Assembly (NCBI GenBank): GCA_016200085.1
Contig: JACQFL010000028.1
Coordinates: forward strand, 26,809-90,808
DNA: 64,000 nt
Source: Candidatus Rokuibacteriota bacterium
Lineage (GTDB): Bacteria; Methylomirabilota; Methylomirabilia; Rokubacteriales; CSP1-6
Reading direction: 5' to 3'
The notes beneath the pieces were generated by a model, which did not search any database, was not told where the DNA came from, and was given only the letters and a program-made list of their open reading frames with translations. Shown piece by piece: positions 1 to 10,479 of this stretch. A program made the translations under genes and the position numbers. The first letter of the stretch is position 1. Every line of letters begins with the position of its first letter.

Positions 1-2
1 GC

Positions 3-221
3 AACATCCAGTCCGGCGTGGTCTACGGCTTCGCGGGGCTGGTCGACGGCATCATGGACCGGATCCGCGTGGAGATGGGCGGCACCGTCACGGTGGTGGG
101 GACCGGGGGCCTCGTCGGTCTGGTCGCGGACGTGACCCGGGCCATCGAGCACGTGCACCCGGACCTCACCCTGGAGGGCCTCAGGCTCATCTGGGAGCAC
201 GCCCGGCCCCCCGGCGGGTAG
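3..221 (+). CDS. coaX: Type III pantothenate kinase, C-terminal part (truncated by window edge)
   Basis: NIQSGVVYGFAGLVDGI...VVGTGG...HPDLTLEGL is the typical CoaX C-terminus. Confidence 0.9.
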   Translation, partial: NIQSGVVYGFAGLVDGIMDRIRVEMGGTVTVVGTGGLVGLVADVTRAIEHVHPDLTLEGLRLIWEHARPPGG

Positions 222-333
222 AGCGCCTCAACCAGGACCAGAATCAGCCCCGCTCCGCCCCCTGGATCTCCTTCGCTGCCTCTCCGGAGACAAAGGGCGA
301 GTGCTGCGCGACCCGGGGCTCCCGGTACACCCC

Positions 334-537
334 GCAGAAAGGCGGCGTGCTGATCGCTCGGAAGTATCTCGAAGACCCGACTCGCGCTGAGCGCCTCGGC
401 CGTCGCGTGCCTGCGGCTCGCGGCCCCGCCCAGCGCGCTACAAGTGCTACACTGAGCAAGTCCTCCCGTCTAACCCCTGCAGAAAGGCGGCCTGCTGAGC
501 CCCCGGGAGTCCCTCGAAGACCCGATTCGCGCCGAGC
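334..537 (+). repeat. Degenerate tandem duplication (145-bp offset) of the RBS/5' end of the glucan synthase gene
   Basis: 334..392 vs 479..537 align ungapped at 50/59 nt; copy 1 reads GTG-LIARKYLEDPTRAE, copy 2 reads CTG-LSPRESLEDPIRAE. Confidence 0.8.
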
Positions 538-3500
538 TTTTTGGCATCGAACGCCTCGAGCAGCACGCCGGGAGCCTGGCGGCCGCCCAGCGCATCACGA
601 GCCACCCTGGCAAGGGGCGGCGATTGTTGCCGCGTGTCGAGGACAACGGTCGCGTGCTCCGCGAGTCGTACCGCGTGATCGCCGAGGTCATCCGCGAGGA
701 GCGCGCGATCACGCCGGCGGCGGAATGGCTCGTCGACAACTTCCATGTCGTGGACGAGCAGCTGCGGGAGATCCACGACGACCTGCCGCCCGGATTTTAC
801 CGGCAGCTGCCGAAGCTGGCGGAGGGACCGCTCGCCGGCTACCCGCGCGTCTACGGCATCGCGTGGGCGTTCGTCGCCCATACCGATAGCCGGCTCGATC
901 CCGAATCGCTCCGGCGGTTCGTGCAGGCCTACCAGCGCGTGCAGCCGCTGACGATCGGCGAGCTGTGGGCGGTGGCGATCACCCTGCGCGTCGTGCTCGT
1001 CGAGAATCTTCGCCGCCTGGCGGAGAGCATCGTGGGCGGCCGCGAGGCGCGCCAGGAGGCCGATGCCCTGGCCGACGAGCTGCTCGGGGTCGGCGAGGGG
1101 ATCGTCGCGCGGACGGCACGGGGCCTCGCGCGATTCGAGAGCAGCCCGCTGGTGACCGCCTTCGCGGTGCAGCTCGTCCAGCGGCTGCGGGAGCAAGATC
1201 GCGCCGTGACGCCGGCCCTTCTCTGGCTCGACCAGCGGCTGGCCGCGCAGGGGACGACCTCCGAGGACATCGTCCGCGCCGAGCATCAGCGGCAGGCGGC
1301 CATGAACGTGACCGTCCGCAACGTGATCATGAGCATGAGCCTGATGTCCACGCTCGACTGGACGGAGTTCTTCGAGGCCGTCAGCCTCGTCGACGCGGTG
1401 CTGCGGGCGGACCCGAACTACCCCGCGCTGGACTTCGCGACCCGCGACGCCTACCGGCAGGCCGTCGAGGAGCTCGCGCGGGGCTCGGGCCGACCCGAGC
1501 TGGACGTCGCCCGCGAGGCCGTGGCGCACACGCACCGCGCGGAGGTGCAGGACGACCGGTGGAGCGATCCCGGCTTCCACCTCATCGGCAACGGACGCGC
1601 GGCGTTCGAGCTGACGCTCGGCTACCGGGCGCCCCCGATGCACCGGCTGCTTCGCGCCTACCTCGCGGCGGCCACGCCCGGATATCTGGGAACGATCGCC
1701 GTCCTCAGTGGCTTCCTGTTCACGCTGCCGCTCCTCGCCGCCGGGGCCTCCGGCGTCGGACCCGTGAGCCTGCTCCTCCTCGCCCTGCTGGCCGTCGTTC
1801 CGGCCTCGGACCTGGCGATCGCCCTGCTGAATCGAAGCGTCACCGCGCTCGTCACGCCGGCGGTGCTGCCCCGGCTCGAGCTGCGCGAGGGCGTGCCGTC
1901 GGATCTGCGCACCATGGTCGTCGTGCCGATGCTGTTGACCGACGTCGTCGAGGTCGAGGAGCAGATCGAGCGGCTCGAAGTGCATTACCTGGCCAATCCG
2001 GACGGCGATCTCCGATTCGCCGTCGTCTCCGACTGGATGGACGCGCCCACGGAGAGCGTGCCGGGCGACGACGAGACGCTGGGGGCGGCGCGCGAGGGGA
2101 TCGCGCGTCTGAACCGGCGTCACGGCCCCGCCCCCGATGGCGGCGAGCGATTCCTTCTCTTCCACCGCCGGCGACTCTGGAACGAGAGCGGGCGGGTGTG
2201 GATGGGATGGGAGCGCAAGCGGGGCAAGCTGCACGAGCTGAACCGGCTCCTCCGCGCGGCCACGGACACGAGCTTCGTGCCCACGGGCGCGGTGGCGCCC
2301 TCCGGGGTCCGTTACGTCATCACCCTGGACGCCGACACGCGGCTGCCCAGAGGCGCGGTCGAGCGCCTGGTCGGCACGATGGCGCATCCGCTCAACCGGC
2401 CGCGGCTCGATCCCGGAAGGCGGCGTGTCGTCGAGGGCTACGCGGTGCTTCAGCCGCGGGTGACGCCGCCGCTGCCCGGACGCGAAGGCTCGTTCTTCCA
2501 GCGCCTGTCGTCCGGTCCGGCTGGCATCGACCCCTACGCGGCGGCGGTGTCCGACGTGTACCAGGACCTCTGGGGGGAGGGGTCGTACACGGGCAAGGGA
2601 ATCTACGACGTGGACGTGTTCGAGGCCGCGCTGGTGGGGCGGGTGCCCGAGAACGCGCTGCTGAGCCACGATCTCTTCGAGGGGGTGTTCGCGCGCGCCG
2701 GTCTCGTGACCGACGTCGAGCTGTTCGAGAGCGCGCCGTCGCATTACGGCGTCGCCTCCGCGCGGCAGCACCGATGGGCGCGCGGCGACTGGCAGCTGCT
2801 TCCCTGGATCCTGGGGAGCCGGATCCCGGTGATCGGGCGCTGGAAGATGCTGGACAACCTGCGTCGCACGGTGTCGGCGCCGGCCGCATTTCTCACGCTC
2901 GTCGTCGCGTGGATGATGCCGGGCACGTCACCGGCGATGTGGAGCGCCTTCGTCCTCGCGACCGTCGTCGTGCCCTTGCTCTTGCCGGTGCTGGACGGAG
3001 TGATTCCCCACCGACGCGGCATCTCGAAGCGTAGCCATGTCCGCGCGGTCGGCCGGGACCTCGTCCTGGCCGCCTCGCAGATCGGGCTCACGATCACGAT
3101 GCTGACGTACCAGGCCTGGCTGATGAGTGACGCGATCGCGCGGACGCTCGTCCGCGTGTACGTCACGCGTCGGCGGCTGCTGGAATGGGTGACCGCGGCC
3201 CAGGCGAAAGCCGGTCTCCGTCTCGATCTCCGTGGCTTCTGTCGTCGGATGGGCGGCGGGGTCGCGCTCGCCGGGGCCGCCGCCGTCGCCGTCGCGTGGG
3301 GGCGACCGGAGGCGTGGCCGGCCGCGCTGCCCTTTCTGGTGCTCTGGGCCGCATCGCCTGCGGTGGCGCGATGGATCAGCCTGCCGCGGAGCACCGAGCC
3401 CACCCAGCCGCTCTCGACGGCGGACGCGCGTGCCCTCCGCCTGGTCGCGCGCCGGACGTGGCGGTTCTTCGTGACGTTCGTCGGGTCCGAAGACCACGCG

Positions 3501-6500
3501 TTGCCGCCCGACAACTTCCAGGAGACGCCGAGCCCCGCGGTGGCGCATCGCACCTCGCCCACGAACATCGGCCTGTACCTGCTGTCCACGGTGGCCGCCC
3601 GCGATTTCGGCTGGCTCGGCACGCTCGACGCCGTGGAGCGTCTCGAGGCCACGTGCGAGACGCTGGAGACCCTCGAGCGGTTCCGCGGCCATTTCTACAA
3701 CTGGTACGACACCAGGGACTGCCGCCCGCTCGACCCGAGGTACGTGTCGTCGGTCGACAGCGGAAACCTCGCCGGTCATCTCATCGCGGTCGCACACGCG
3801 TGCGAGGAGATGCTCGACCGTCCGATCCTCCCCCGCGCGGCGCTCGCCGGGATCGAGGACGCTGCGCTCCTCGTGCGCCAGGCGAGCCTGGGGGCGGCCA
3901 GCGATCCCCGGTCGCGCACCGTTGCCCACGAGCGGCTGGACGCGGCCCTCGACGCCGTCACGGCGGCCGTCCGGGAGCCCCCGCACGATTCGTGGCCGTG
4001 GGCCCCCCGGCTCACGGCGCTGACCGCACGCGCGCGCACGGTGATGGACGCCGCGCGCGTGCTCGTCGACGAGGAGCCTCGGAGCGCGCCGGGGGACGTC
4101 CTCGTCTGGGCGGAGGCGCTCTGCGCCACGGTCGACAGCCACGTGCGCGACCTCGACACGCCCGACACGCTCACCCGTCGTCTCGCGATCCTCGCCCGCC
4201 GCGCGCACGCGATGGTCCACGCCATGGATTTCGGCTTTCTGTTCGACCCCATGCGGAGGCTCTTCGCCATCGGGTACCGGGTGACGGACGGCAGCCTCGA
4301 TCCCGGTCGGTACGATCTCCTCGCATCGGAAGCCCGTCTCGCGAGCTTCGTCGCGATCGCCAAGGGTGACGTCCCCGTCTCGCACTGGTTCCGGCTGGGC
4401 CGGGCCCTGACCCCGGTGGCGCTGGACTCGGTGCTCGTGTCCTGGTCGGGATCGATGTTCGAGTACCTGATGCCGGCGCTCGTCATGCGGGCGCCGGCGG
4501 AGAGCCTGCTCGATCAGACCTCGCGGCTCGTGGTGGAGCGGCAGATCGCGTATGGCGCGGAGCGCGGCGTGCCGTGGGGCGTGTCGGAGTCGGCCTACAA
4601 CGTGCGCGACCGGGAAATGACCTACCAGTATTCGAACTTCGGGGTGCCGGGGCTCGGGCTGCGACGCGGGCTCAGCGAGGACGTCGTCATCGCGCCCTAC
4701 GCGACGGGCCTGGCGGCGATGATCGATCCGGCGGCCGCGGTGCGAAACTTCCGGCGCCTGGCGGCGGCGGGAGGCGGTGGCGCCTATGGCTTCTACGAGG
4801 CGCTCGACTACACCGCGCCCCGGCTTCCGGAAGGCGCCGAGGTCGCCGTGGTGCGCGCCTACATGGCGCACCACCAGGGCATGGTCGTCGTCGCGATCGC
4901 GAACGCCCTCCACGACGGCGCGATGCGCGCCCGCTTCCATGCCGAGCCCATCATCCAGGCCACCGAGCTGCTCCTGCAAGAACGAACACCGCGCGACGTG
5001 GCCGTCGCCCGGCCCCGCGCGGACGAGGTGCACGCGGTGGGCGACGTGCGCGAGTTCGTTCCGCCCGTCGTCAGGCGTTTCACCTCGCCCCACGCCTGGC
5101 GCCCACGCACCCAGCTGCTCTCGAACGGGCGGTACGCGGTGATGCTGACGACGGCGGGCTCGGGATACAGCCGCTGGGGCGATCTGGCGATCACGCGGTG
5201 GCGGGAAGACGCCACCCGCGACGCGTGGGGCACGTACGTGTTCCTGCGCGATGCCGACAGCGGCGAGAGCTGGTCGGCCGGCTACCAGCCGCGCGGAGGC
5301 GAGCCGGACAGCTACGAGGTCACGTTCGCCGAGGATCGGGTGGAGTTCGTGCGGCGAGACCGTGCCATCGGCACCACGCTGCAGGTGATCGTGTCGCCGG
5401 AGGACGATGCCGAGGTGCGTCGGGTGGCGCTGACGAATTTCGGGTCGACGATCCGGGACATCGAGCTCACGTCGTACGCCGAGATCGTGCTGGCGCCCCC
5501 CGCGGTGGACTCCGCCCACCCGGCGTTTTCCAACCTCGGCGTGCAGACCGAGTGCGTCCCGGAGCTCGAGACGCTGCTGGCGACACGTCGGCCGCGGTCA
5601 CGCGGCGAGGCCCACGTCTGGATGGCGCACGTGATCGTCGTCGAAGGCGAGACGGTGGGCGACCTGCAATGGGAGACTGACCGCGCCCGGTTCCTCGGCC
5701 GGGGGCGCGGGATCGGGGCGCCGTCGGCGGTGATCGATCTGAGCTCCCTCTCGGGCACCGTCGGCGCGGTGCTCGATCCCGTGGTGAGCCTTCGGCGCCG
5801 GGTGCGGCTGCGGCCGGGCGCCACCGCGCGCGTCGTCTTCTCGACGCTCGTCGCGCCCTCCCGCGCGGAGGCCCTCGGCCTCGCCGAGAAGTATCGCGAT
5901 GCGGCGACGTTCGAGCGCGCCGCGACGCTGGCGTGGACGCAGGCGCAGGTCCAGCAGCACCACCTCGGCGTCGGCCCCGACGAGGCGCACCTCTTCCAGA
6001 GCCTCGCCAGCCGGATTCTCTACTCCGACCGGATGCTGCGGCCCTCCGCGGACGTGCTCTCCCGTCATGCCGGGGGCCCCGACGGGCTGTGGGCGCACGG
6101 GATCTCGGGAGACCTTCCGATCGTGCTCGTGCAGATCGACGAGCCCGAGGACGTCGGCATCGTGCGGCAGCTGCTCCGCGCGCACGAGTACTGGCGGATG
6201 AAACAGCTCGCCGTCGATCTCGTGATCCTGAACGAGCGCGCGGCGTCCTACGTCCAGGATCTACAGATGTTGCTGGAGACGCTCCTCCGCGCGAGCCAGT
6301 CGGCGGGGTCCCACGATGGGCACGCAGCGCACGGGAACGTGTTCATCGTGCGTGCGGACCGGGTGACGGCGCCGCAACGCGACGTGCTCCAGTCCGTGGC
6401 CCGTGCGGTGCTGTCGAGCCGGCTCGGAACCCTGGCCGAGCAGGTGGCCCGAGCGCAGCGGCCCGACGCGGCCGCGCCCGCCCTGCCGAGGCGGCCGGCG

Positions 6501-8948
6501 ACCACGAAGGCATCGCCGGGCGTGGCGGCCCGGTGGCCGGGTCTCGAGCGCTTCAACGGCCTCGGCGGCTTCGCGGAGGATGGACGCGAGTACGTGACGA
6601 TCCTCACCGAGGGGCGGTGGACGCCGGCGCCGTGGATCAACGTGATCGCGAATCCGGGTTTCGGCTTCCAGGTCTCCGAGTCGGGTTCGGGGCACACGTG
6701 GTCGGTCAACAGCCGCGAGAACCAGCTCACCCCCTGGTCGAACGATGCGGTCAGCGATCCGCCGGGCGAGACCATCTACGTCCGGGACGAAGAGACCGGA
6801 GATCTGTGGGGGCCGACGGCGCTCCCGATCCGCGAGGAGGCGTCGCCCTATGTCATCCGGCATGGGCAGGGCTACACGCGCTTCGAACACGTCTCGCACG
6901 GCGTCTCGCTCGAGCTACTGCAGCTTGTGCCGCTCGACGACCCCATCAAGATCTCGCGTCTCACCCTGACGAACGAGTCCGGACGACTGCGGCGGCTGTC
7001 TGTGACCGCCTACGTCGAGTGGGTCCTTGGCGTGTCGCGGAGCGCCGCCGCGCCGTTCGTCGTCACCGAGATCGACGGGCAGACGGGCGCGATGTTCGCG
7101 CGGAACGCGTGGAGCCGGGAATTCGGCGGTCGCGTCGCGTTTGCCGACCTCGGCGGGAGTCAAACGGCGTGGACCGCCGATCGGACGGAATTTCTCGGGC
7201 GTAACGGCACGCCCGATCATCCGGCGGCGCTCGCGCGACGACACCGGCTCTCGGGACGGGTCGGGGCCGGCCTCGATCCGTGCAGCGCGCTCCAGGCGAC
7301 GATCGAGCTGCCCGCTGGAGGCCGAACGGAGGTCGTATTCTTCCTCGGCGACGCGGCGAGCGCCGAGCAGGCGAGGGAGCTGATCGTTCGCTACAGCGCC
7401 CGTAACAGTGCGGCGGTCTTGCAGGCGGTCCGCGATCGCTGGGACGAGGTGCTCGGCACGGTGCAGGTCAAGACGCCGGACCGCTCCATGGACATATTGC
7501 TCAACCGCTGGCTGCTGTATCAGACGCTTTCGTGTCGGGTCTGGGCGCGGTCGGCCTTCTATCAGGCCGGCGGCGCCTACGGGTTTCGCGATCAGCTGCA
7601 AGACGTGATGGCGCTCGCGGTGCCCGAGCCCGAGCTGGCGCGGCAGCATGTGCTGCGCGCCGCGGCGCGGCAATTCGAGGAGGGCGACGTCCAGCACTGG
7701 TGGCACCCGCCCGGCGGTCGCGGCGTGCGGACGCGGATCTCCGATGATCTGCTCTGGCTCCCGTACGCCGTCACCCGATATGTCGAGGTCACCGGTGACG
7801 GCGCCGTCCTCGACGAGGTTGTCCCTTTTCTCGCGGGACCCAACCTCGCCGTCGGACAGCCCGAGTCGTACTTCGAGCCCCGCGCCTCCGACGAGCGGGG
7901 CACGCTCTTCGAGCACTGCGCGCGCGCGCTCGACCACAGCTTGACGACCGGACCGCACGGCCTGCCGCTGATGGGGACGGGGGACTGGAACGATGGGATG
8001 AACGCGGTGGGCGCCGAGGGCAAGGGCGAGAGCGTCTGGCTCGGGTGGTTCCTGCACGCCGTGCTGTCCGAGTGGACGAGGCTGGCCGACGCGCGCGGGG
8101 AGGGCAAACGCGCCGAGCGATGGCGCGGGTACGTCGGCGCACTGAAGGAGTCGCTCGAGCGCGAGGCCTGGGACGGCGCCTGGTATCGGCGCGCGTACTT
8201 CGACGACGGGACACCGCTCGGCGCCGCCGCCAACGACGCCTGCCGCATCGATTCGATCGCGCAGTCCTGGAGCGTGCTCTCGGCGGCGGCCGAACCCGCC
8301 CGCCAGGCGCGCGCCATGGCGTCGGTCGACGAGCATCTCGTCCGCCGCGCCGACGGCCTCGTGCTGCTCTTCACGCCGCCGTTCGAAGACACGCCGCTGG
8401 AGCCCGGCTACGTCAAGGGGTATGTGCCGGGCGTCCGGGAGAACGGTGGGCAGTACACGCACGCGGCGATCTGGTCGGTGATGGCCTTCGCGGCGCTCGG
8501 GGACGGGGACAGGGCCGCCGAGCTCTTCGCGATGTTGAATCCGATCAACCACGCCAGCACCGAAGCGGGCGTCCAGCGCTACAGGGTCGAGCCGTACGTC
8601 GTCGCGGCGGACGTCTACGCCGAGCCGCCGCACGTCGGCCGCGGGGGCTGGACATGGTACACGGGATCCGCGGGCTGGATGTATCGGGCCGGACTGGAGT
8701 CGATCCTCGGCTTCCGGCTGCGCGGCACGCGGCTGACGGTCGACCCGTGCATCCCGCGGGCGTGGCCCGGCTTCGAGATGGTCTTCCGTTATCGCTCCGC
8801 GCGGTACGACATCCTCGTGGACAACCCGCGGGGTGTGCCGCGGGGAGTGTCGTCAGTGGAAGTCGATGGCGTCTTGGTCGACGGCGATCTCGGCATCACC
8901 CTCGCCGACGACGGGAAGACCCATCGCGTCCGAGTCCGCCTCGGCTGA
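492..8948 (+). CDS. ndvB: Cyclic beta-1,2-glucan synthase (Cgs/NdvB/ChvB type; GT84 + cyclisation + GH94 phosphorylase domains)
   Basis: Motifs YVITLDADT, LSHDLFEG, RQHRWARGDWQ, SWSGSMFEYL, GFRDQLQD, GDWNDG, ENGGQYTH. The conserved N-terminus EDPIRAELFGIERLEQHA lies in frame upstream of the track start at 624, bounded by an in-frame TAA at 471; CTG at 492 is an inferred start. Confidence 0.9.
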   Translation: MLSPRESLEDPIRAELFGIERLEQHAGSLAAAQRITSHPGKGRRLLPRVEDNGRVLRESYRVIAEVIREERAITPAAEWLVDNFHVVDEQLREIHDDLPPGFYRQLPKLAEGPLAGYPRVYGIAWAFVAHTDSRLDPESLRRFVQAYQRVQPLTIGELWAVAITLRVVLVENLRRLAESIVGGREARQEADALADELLGVGEGIVARTARGLARFESSPLVTAFAVQLVQRLREQDRAVTPALLWLDQRLAAQGTTSEDIVRAEHQRQAAMNVTVRNVIMSMSLMSTLDWTEFFEAVSLVDAVLRADPNYPALDFATRDAYRQAVEELARGSGRPELDVAREAVAHTHRAEVQDDRWSDPGFHLIGNGRAAFELTLGYRAPPMHRLLRAYLAAATPGYLGTIAVLSGFLFTLPLLAAGASGVGPVSLLLLALLAVVPASDLAIALLNRSVTALVTPAVLPRLELREGVPSDLRTMVVVPMLLTDVVEVEEQIERLEVHYLANPDGDLRFAVVSDWMDAPTESVPGDDETLGAAREGIARLNRRHGPAPDGGERFLLFHRRRLWNESGRVWMGWERKRGKLHELNRLLRAATDTSFVPTGAVAPSGVRYVITLDADTRLPRGAVERLVGTMAHPLNRPRLDPGRRRVVEGYAVLQPRVTPPLPGREGSFFQRLSSGPAGIDPYAAAVSDVYQDLWGEGSYTGKGIYDVDVFEAALVGRVPENALLSHDLFEGVFARAGLVTDVELFESAPSHYGVASARQHRWARGDWQLLPWILGSRIPVIGRWKMLDNLRRTVSAPAAFLTLVVAWMMPGTSPAMWSAFVLATVVVPLLLPVLDGVIPHRRGISKRSHVRAVGRDLVLAASQIGLTITMLTYQAWLMSDAIARTLVRVYVTRRRLLEWVTAAQAKAGLRLDLRGFCRRMGGGVALAGAAAVAVAWGRPEAWPAALPFLVLWAASPAVARWISLPRSTEPTQPLSTADARALRLVARRTWRFFVTFVGSEDHALPPDNFQETPSPAVAHRTSPTNIGLYLLSTVAARDFGWLGTLDAVERLEATCETLETLERFRGHFYNWYDTRDCRPLDPRYVSSVDSGNLAGHLIAVAHACEEMLDRPILPRAALAGIEDAALLVRQASLGAASDPRSRTVAHERLDAALDAVTAAVREPPHDSWPWAPRLTALTARARTVMDAARVLVDEEPRSAPGDVLVWAEALCATVDSHVRDLDTPDTLTRRLAILARRAHAMVHAMDFGFLFDPMRRLFAIGYRVTDGSLDPGRYDLLASEARLASFVAIAKGDVPVSHWFRLGRALTPVALDSVLVSWSGSMFEYLMPALVMRAPAESLLDQTSRLVVERQIAYGAERGVPWGVSESAYNVRDREMTYQYSNFGVPGLGLRRGLSEDVVIAPYATGLAAMIDPAAAVRNFRRLAAAGGGGAYGFYEALDYTAPRLPEGAEVAVVRAYMAHHQGMVVVAIANALHDGAMRARFHAEPIIQATELLLQERTPRDVAVARPRADEVHAVGDVREFVPPVVRRFTSPHAWRPRTQLLSNGRYAVMLTTAGSGYSRWGDLAITRWREDATRDAWGTYVFLRDADSGESWSAGYQPRGGEPDSYEVTFAEDRVEFVRRDRAIGTTLQVIVSPEDDAEVRRVALTNFGSTIRDIELTSYAEIVLAPPAVDSAHPAFSNLGVQTECVPELETLLATRRPRSRGEAHVWMAHVIVVEGETVGDLQWETDRARFLGRGRGIGAPSAVIDLSSLSGTVGAVLDPVVSLRRRVRLRPGATARVVFSTLVAPSRAEALGLAEKYRDAATFERAATLAWTQAQVQQHHLGVGPDEAHLFQSLASRILYSDRMLRPSADVLSRHAGGPDGLWAHGISGDLPIVLVQIDEPEDVGIVRQLLRAHEYWRMKQLAVDLVILNERAASYVQDLQMLLETLLRASQSAGSHDGHAAHGNVFIVRADRVTAPQRDVLQSVARAVLSSRLGTLAEQVARAQRPDAAAPALPRRPATTKASPGVAARWPGLERFNGLGGFAEDGREYVTILTEGRWTPAPWINVIANPGFGFQVSESGSGHTWSVNSRENQLTPWSNDAVSDPPGETIYVRDEETGDLWGPTALPIREEASPYVIRHGQGYTRFEHVSHGVSLELLQLVPLDDPIKISRLTLTNESGRLRRLSVTAYVEWVLGVSRSAAAPFVVTEIDGQTGAMFARNAWSREFGGRVAFADLGGSQTAWTADRTEFLGRNGTPDHPAALARRHRLSGRVGAGLDPCSALQATIELPAGGRTEVVFFLGDAASAEQARELIVRYSARNSAAVLQAVRDRWDEVLGTVQVKTPDRSMDILLNRWLLYQTLSCRVWARSAFYQAGGAYGFRDQLQDVMALAVPEPELARQHVLRAAARQFEEGDVQHWWHPPGGRGVRTRISDDLLWLPYAVTRYVEVTGDGAVLDEVVPFLAGPNLAVGQPESYFEPRASDERGTLFEHCARALDHSLTTGPHGLPLMGTGDWNDGMNAVGAEGKGESVWLGWFLHAVLSEWTRLADARGEGKRAERWRGYVGALKESLEREAWDGAWYRRAYFDDGTPLGAAANDACRIDSIAQSWSVLSAAAEPARQARAMASVDEHLVRRADGLVLLFTPPFEDTPLEPGYVKGYVPGVRENGGQYTHAAIWSVMAFAALGDGDRAAELFAMLNPINHASTEAGVQRYRVEPYVVAADVYAEPPHVGRGGWTWYTGSAGWMYRAGLESILGFRLRGTRLTVDPCIPRAWPGFEMVFRYRSARYDILVDNPRGVPRGVSSVEVDGVLVDGDLGITLADDGKTHRVRVRLG

Positions 8949-8950
8949 GG

Positions 8951-9313
8951 CTACCGCTGGCGGTGAAAGGTGATGCGGCCGTCGGTCGCGCTCCCGTAGC
9001 CTTGCATCTCGTCGCCCGTCACCGTCATCTCGCCGCCGGCGGTCGTGCCGCTGACGAGGTAGCTGAAGTGATCGCCCGTCACGCTCCCATGAAGCGCTCG
9101 GCGGGGTACCAGCGCGGTTTCCACGTGCCCGACGACCCTGGCCCCGGTCTGCTCCAGGCGCAGCGTCCCGGGCCCCGACCAGGGGGCGTTGTCCCACTTC
9201 GCGACCCACACGCCGGTCACGTCGACCGGGGGCGGGACGCGCGGAGCGCCCACCGAGGCGCACCCGACGCCCACGACCACGAGCAGGCCGAGCGACAATG
9301 CGAGCGATCTCAT
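8951..9313 (-). CDS. Hypothetical lipoprotein
   Basis: MRSLALSLGLLVVVGVGC lipobox-like signal followed by a beta-rich domain (VDVTGVWVAKW). Confidence 0.7.
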   Translation of the reverse strand: MRSLALSLGLLVVVGVGCASVGAPRVPPPVDVTGVWVAKWDNAPWSGPGTLRLEQTGARVVGHVETALVPRRALHGSVTGDHFSYLVSGTTAGGEMTVTGDEMQGYGSATDGRITFHRQR

Positions 9314-9338
9314 TGGGCGTGGCGCTCGGCGTCGGCCG

Positions 9339-9737
9339 CTACCCGCCATCGGCAGGGGCGCCGCCGGCGGACGCGTCCGCTGAACGCTGGTCGACCGCGC
9401 AGCGGATGGCGTCCAGCACCGCTTGCTCGTCAAACGGCTTCCACAGGTGGCCGGCCGCCCCGGACTTCTCGATGCGCGTGCGGGTGGCGGCATCGTCGTG
9501 GGACGTGATGAAGACGACGGGGACGGCGAGCTTTTCCTGAAGGTCGAAGCCGCTGATCTCGTTCATGTGGACGTCGAGCACCAGGCAGGCCGCTCGCCCT
9601 CGGGGCAACCACTCGAGGAATTCACGGGCCGAGCCGAACGTCTCCACGAGGTAGCCCGCCGATTCGACCACGCGATGGAGGGAGCGACGGACCGAGGCAT
9701 CGTCGTCCACGATGGCAATTACTGGCACGTCGTTCAC
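9339..9737 (-). CDS. Single-domain response regulator (FixJ-like receiver)
   Basis: IAIVDDDASVR, CLVLDVHM, VFITSHDD, LWKPF; GGGAGG RBS before GTG. Confidence 0.9.
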   Translation of the reverse strand: MNDVPVIAIVDDDASVRRSLHRVVESAGYLVETFGSAREFLEWLPRGRAACLVLDVHMNEISGFDLQEKLAVPVVFITSHDDAATRTRIEKSGAAGHLWKPFDEQAVLDAIRCAVDQRSADASAGGAPADGG

Positions 9738-9854
9738 GTCGGGTCCTCCCTTCGAGAGCACCGTATCCGGCGGTGCGCGAGCACGCTATTGGACCTTGGT
9801 CTCCCTCGAGCTGCTCTCGCGAGTATGCCTCCGGTGTGTGACCGGTGGTGAAGA

Positions 9855-9893
9855 GCCCTCACGGGGAGCTCGATACGGCTCCTCCGTGAGGGC
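9855..9893. terminator. GC-rich hairpin, putative terminator
   Basis: gccctcacggggagc / gctcctccgtgagggc inverted repeat just downstream of the 9909..10259 minus-strand gene; no long U tract. Confidence 0.45.
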
Positions 9894-9908
9894 CCGCCGA
9901 ATCGTGGT

Positions 9909-10259
9909 CTACTTCTCGGCCACCTTGAGGAGTTGCGACGCGCACTCCTCCGCGACATCGCGATTCGCCTCGCCGCCTCCGACCGTTGCCCAGCCGCCTT
10001 TCACCACGGCGTCGCGCTGATCGTAGGACGTCGTGAGCGCCTTGAGCTCCCCCAGCTTCTTGATCCGGGCAGGATCAGCCTTCGACTTCTCGAGGCAGAC
10101 GGGCACCAGTGCTGCGGTCACCGCGACCGTGGCACGGTCCGTCGCGATCCGGTCTGCGGTTCCCTTCGTCGCCCAGCCGCCCCAGCTGAACCCGACGATC
10201 ATGGTGAAGATGCTGCCGACGACAACCCCCCACGCGGCCGGCTTGAACCAGGTCTTCAT
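9909..10259 (-). CDS. Conserved hypothetical membrane-anchored protein
   Basis: AAGGAGAG RBS, N-terminal TM (GFSWGGW), two Cys (PVC...EECA), coding-like codon use. Confidence 0.8.
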   Translation of the reverse strand: MKTWFKPAAWGVVVGSIFTMIVGFSWGGWATKGTADRIATDRATVAVTAALVPVCLEKSKADPARIKKLGELKALTTSYDQRDAVVKGGWATVGGGEANRDVAEECASQLLKVAEK

Positions 10260-10479
10260 GTGGCTCTCCTTTGTATACCGTGAACGCGCGGCGTCGATCC
10301 TGTGGGCAGGTCACCGCCCGTCCCGTCCTCGAAGCGCGCCTTTGTTCCCGCTGCCCAGCTTCCTCCGATCCTGAGGCGGCGGCTATTGGACCAAAGTCCG
10401 ATAGGGCGCCCGGAAGCCGCCGGCCAGGTTCCGAGGGTGAGCGAATGTTCCGTATCTGCCCCGGGCCTGGTGACGCCTT

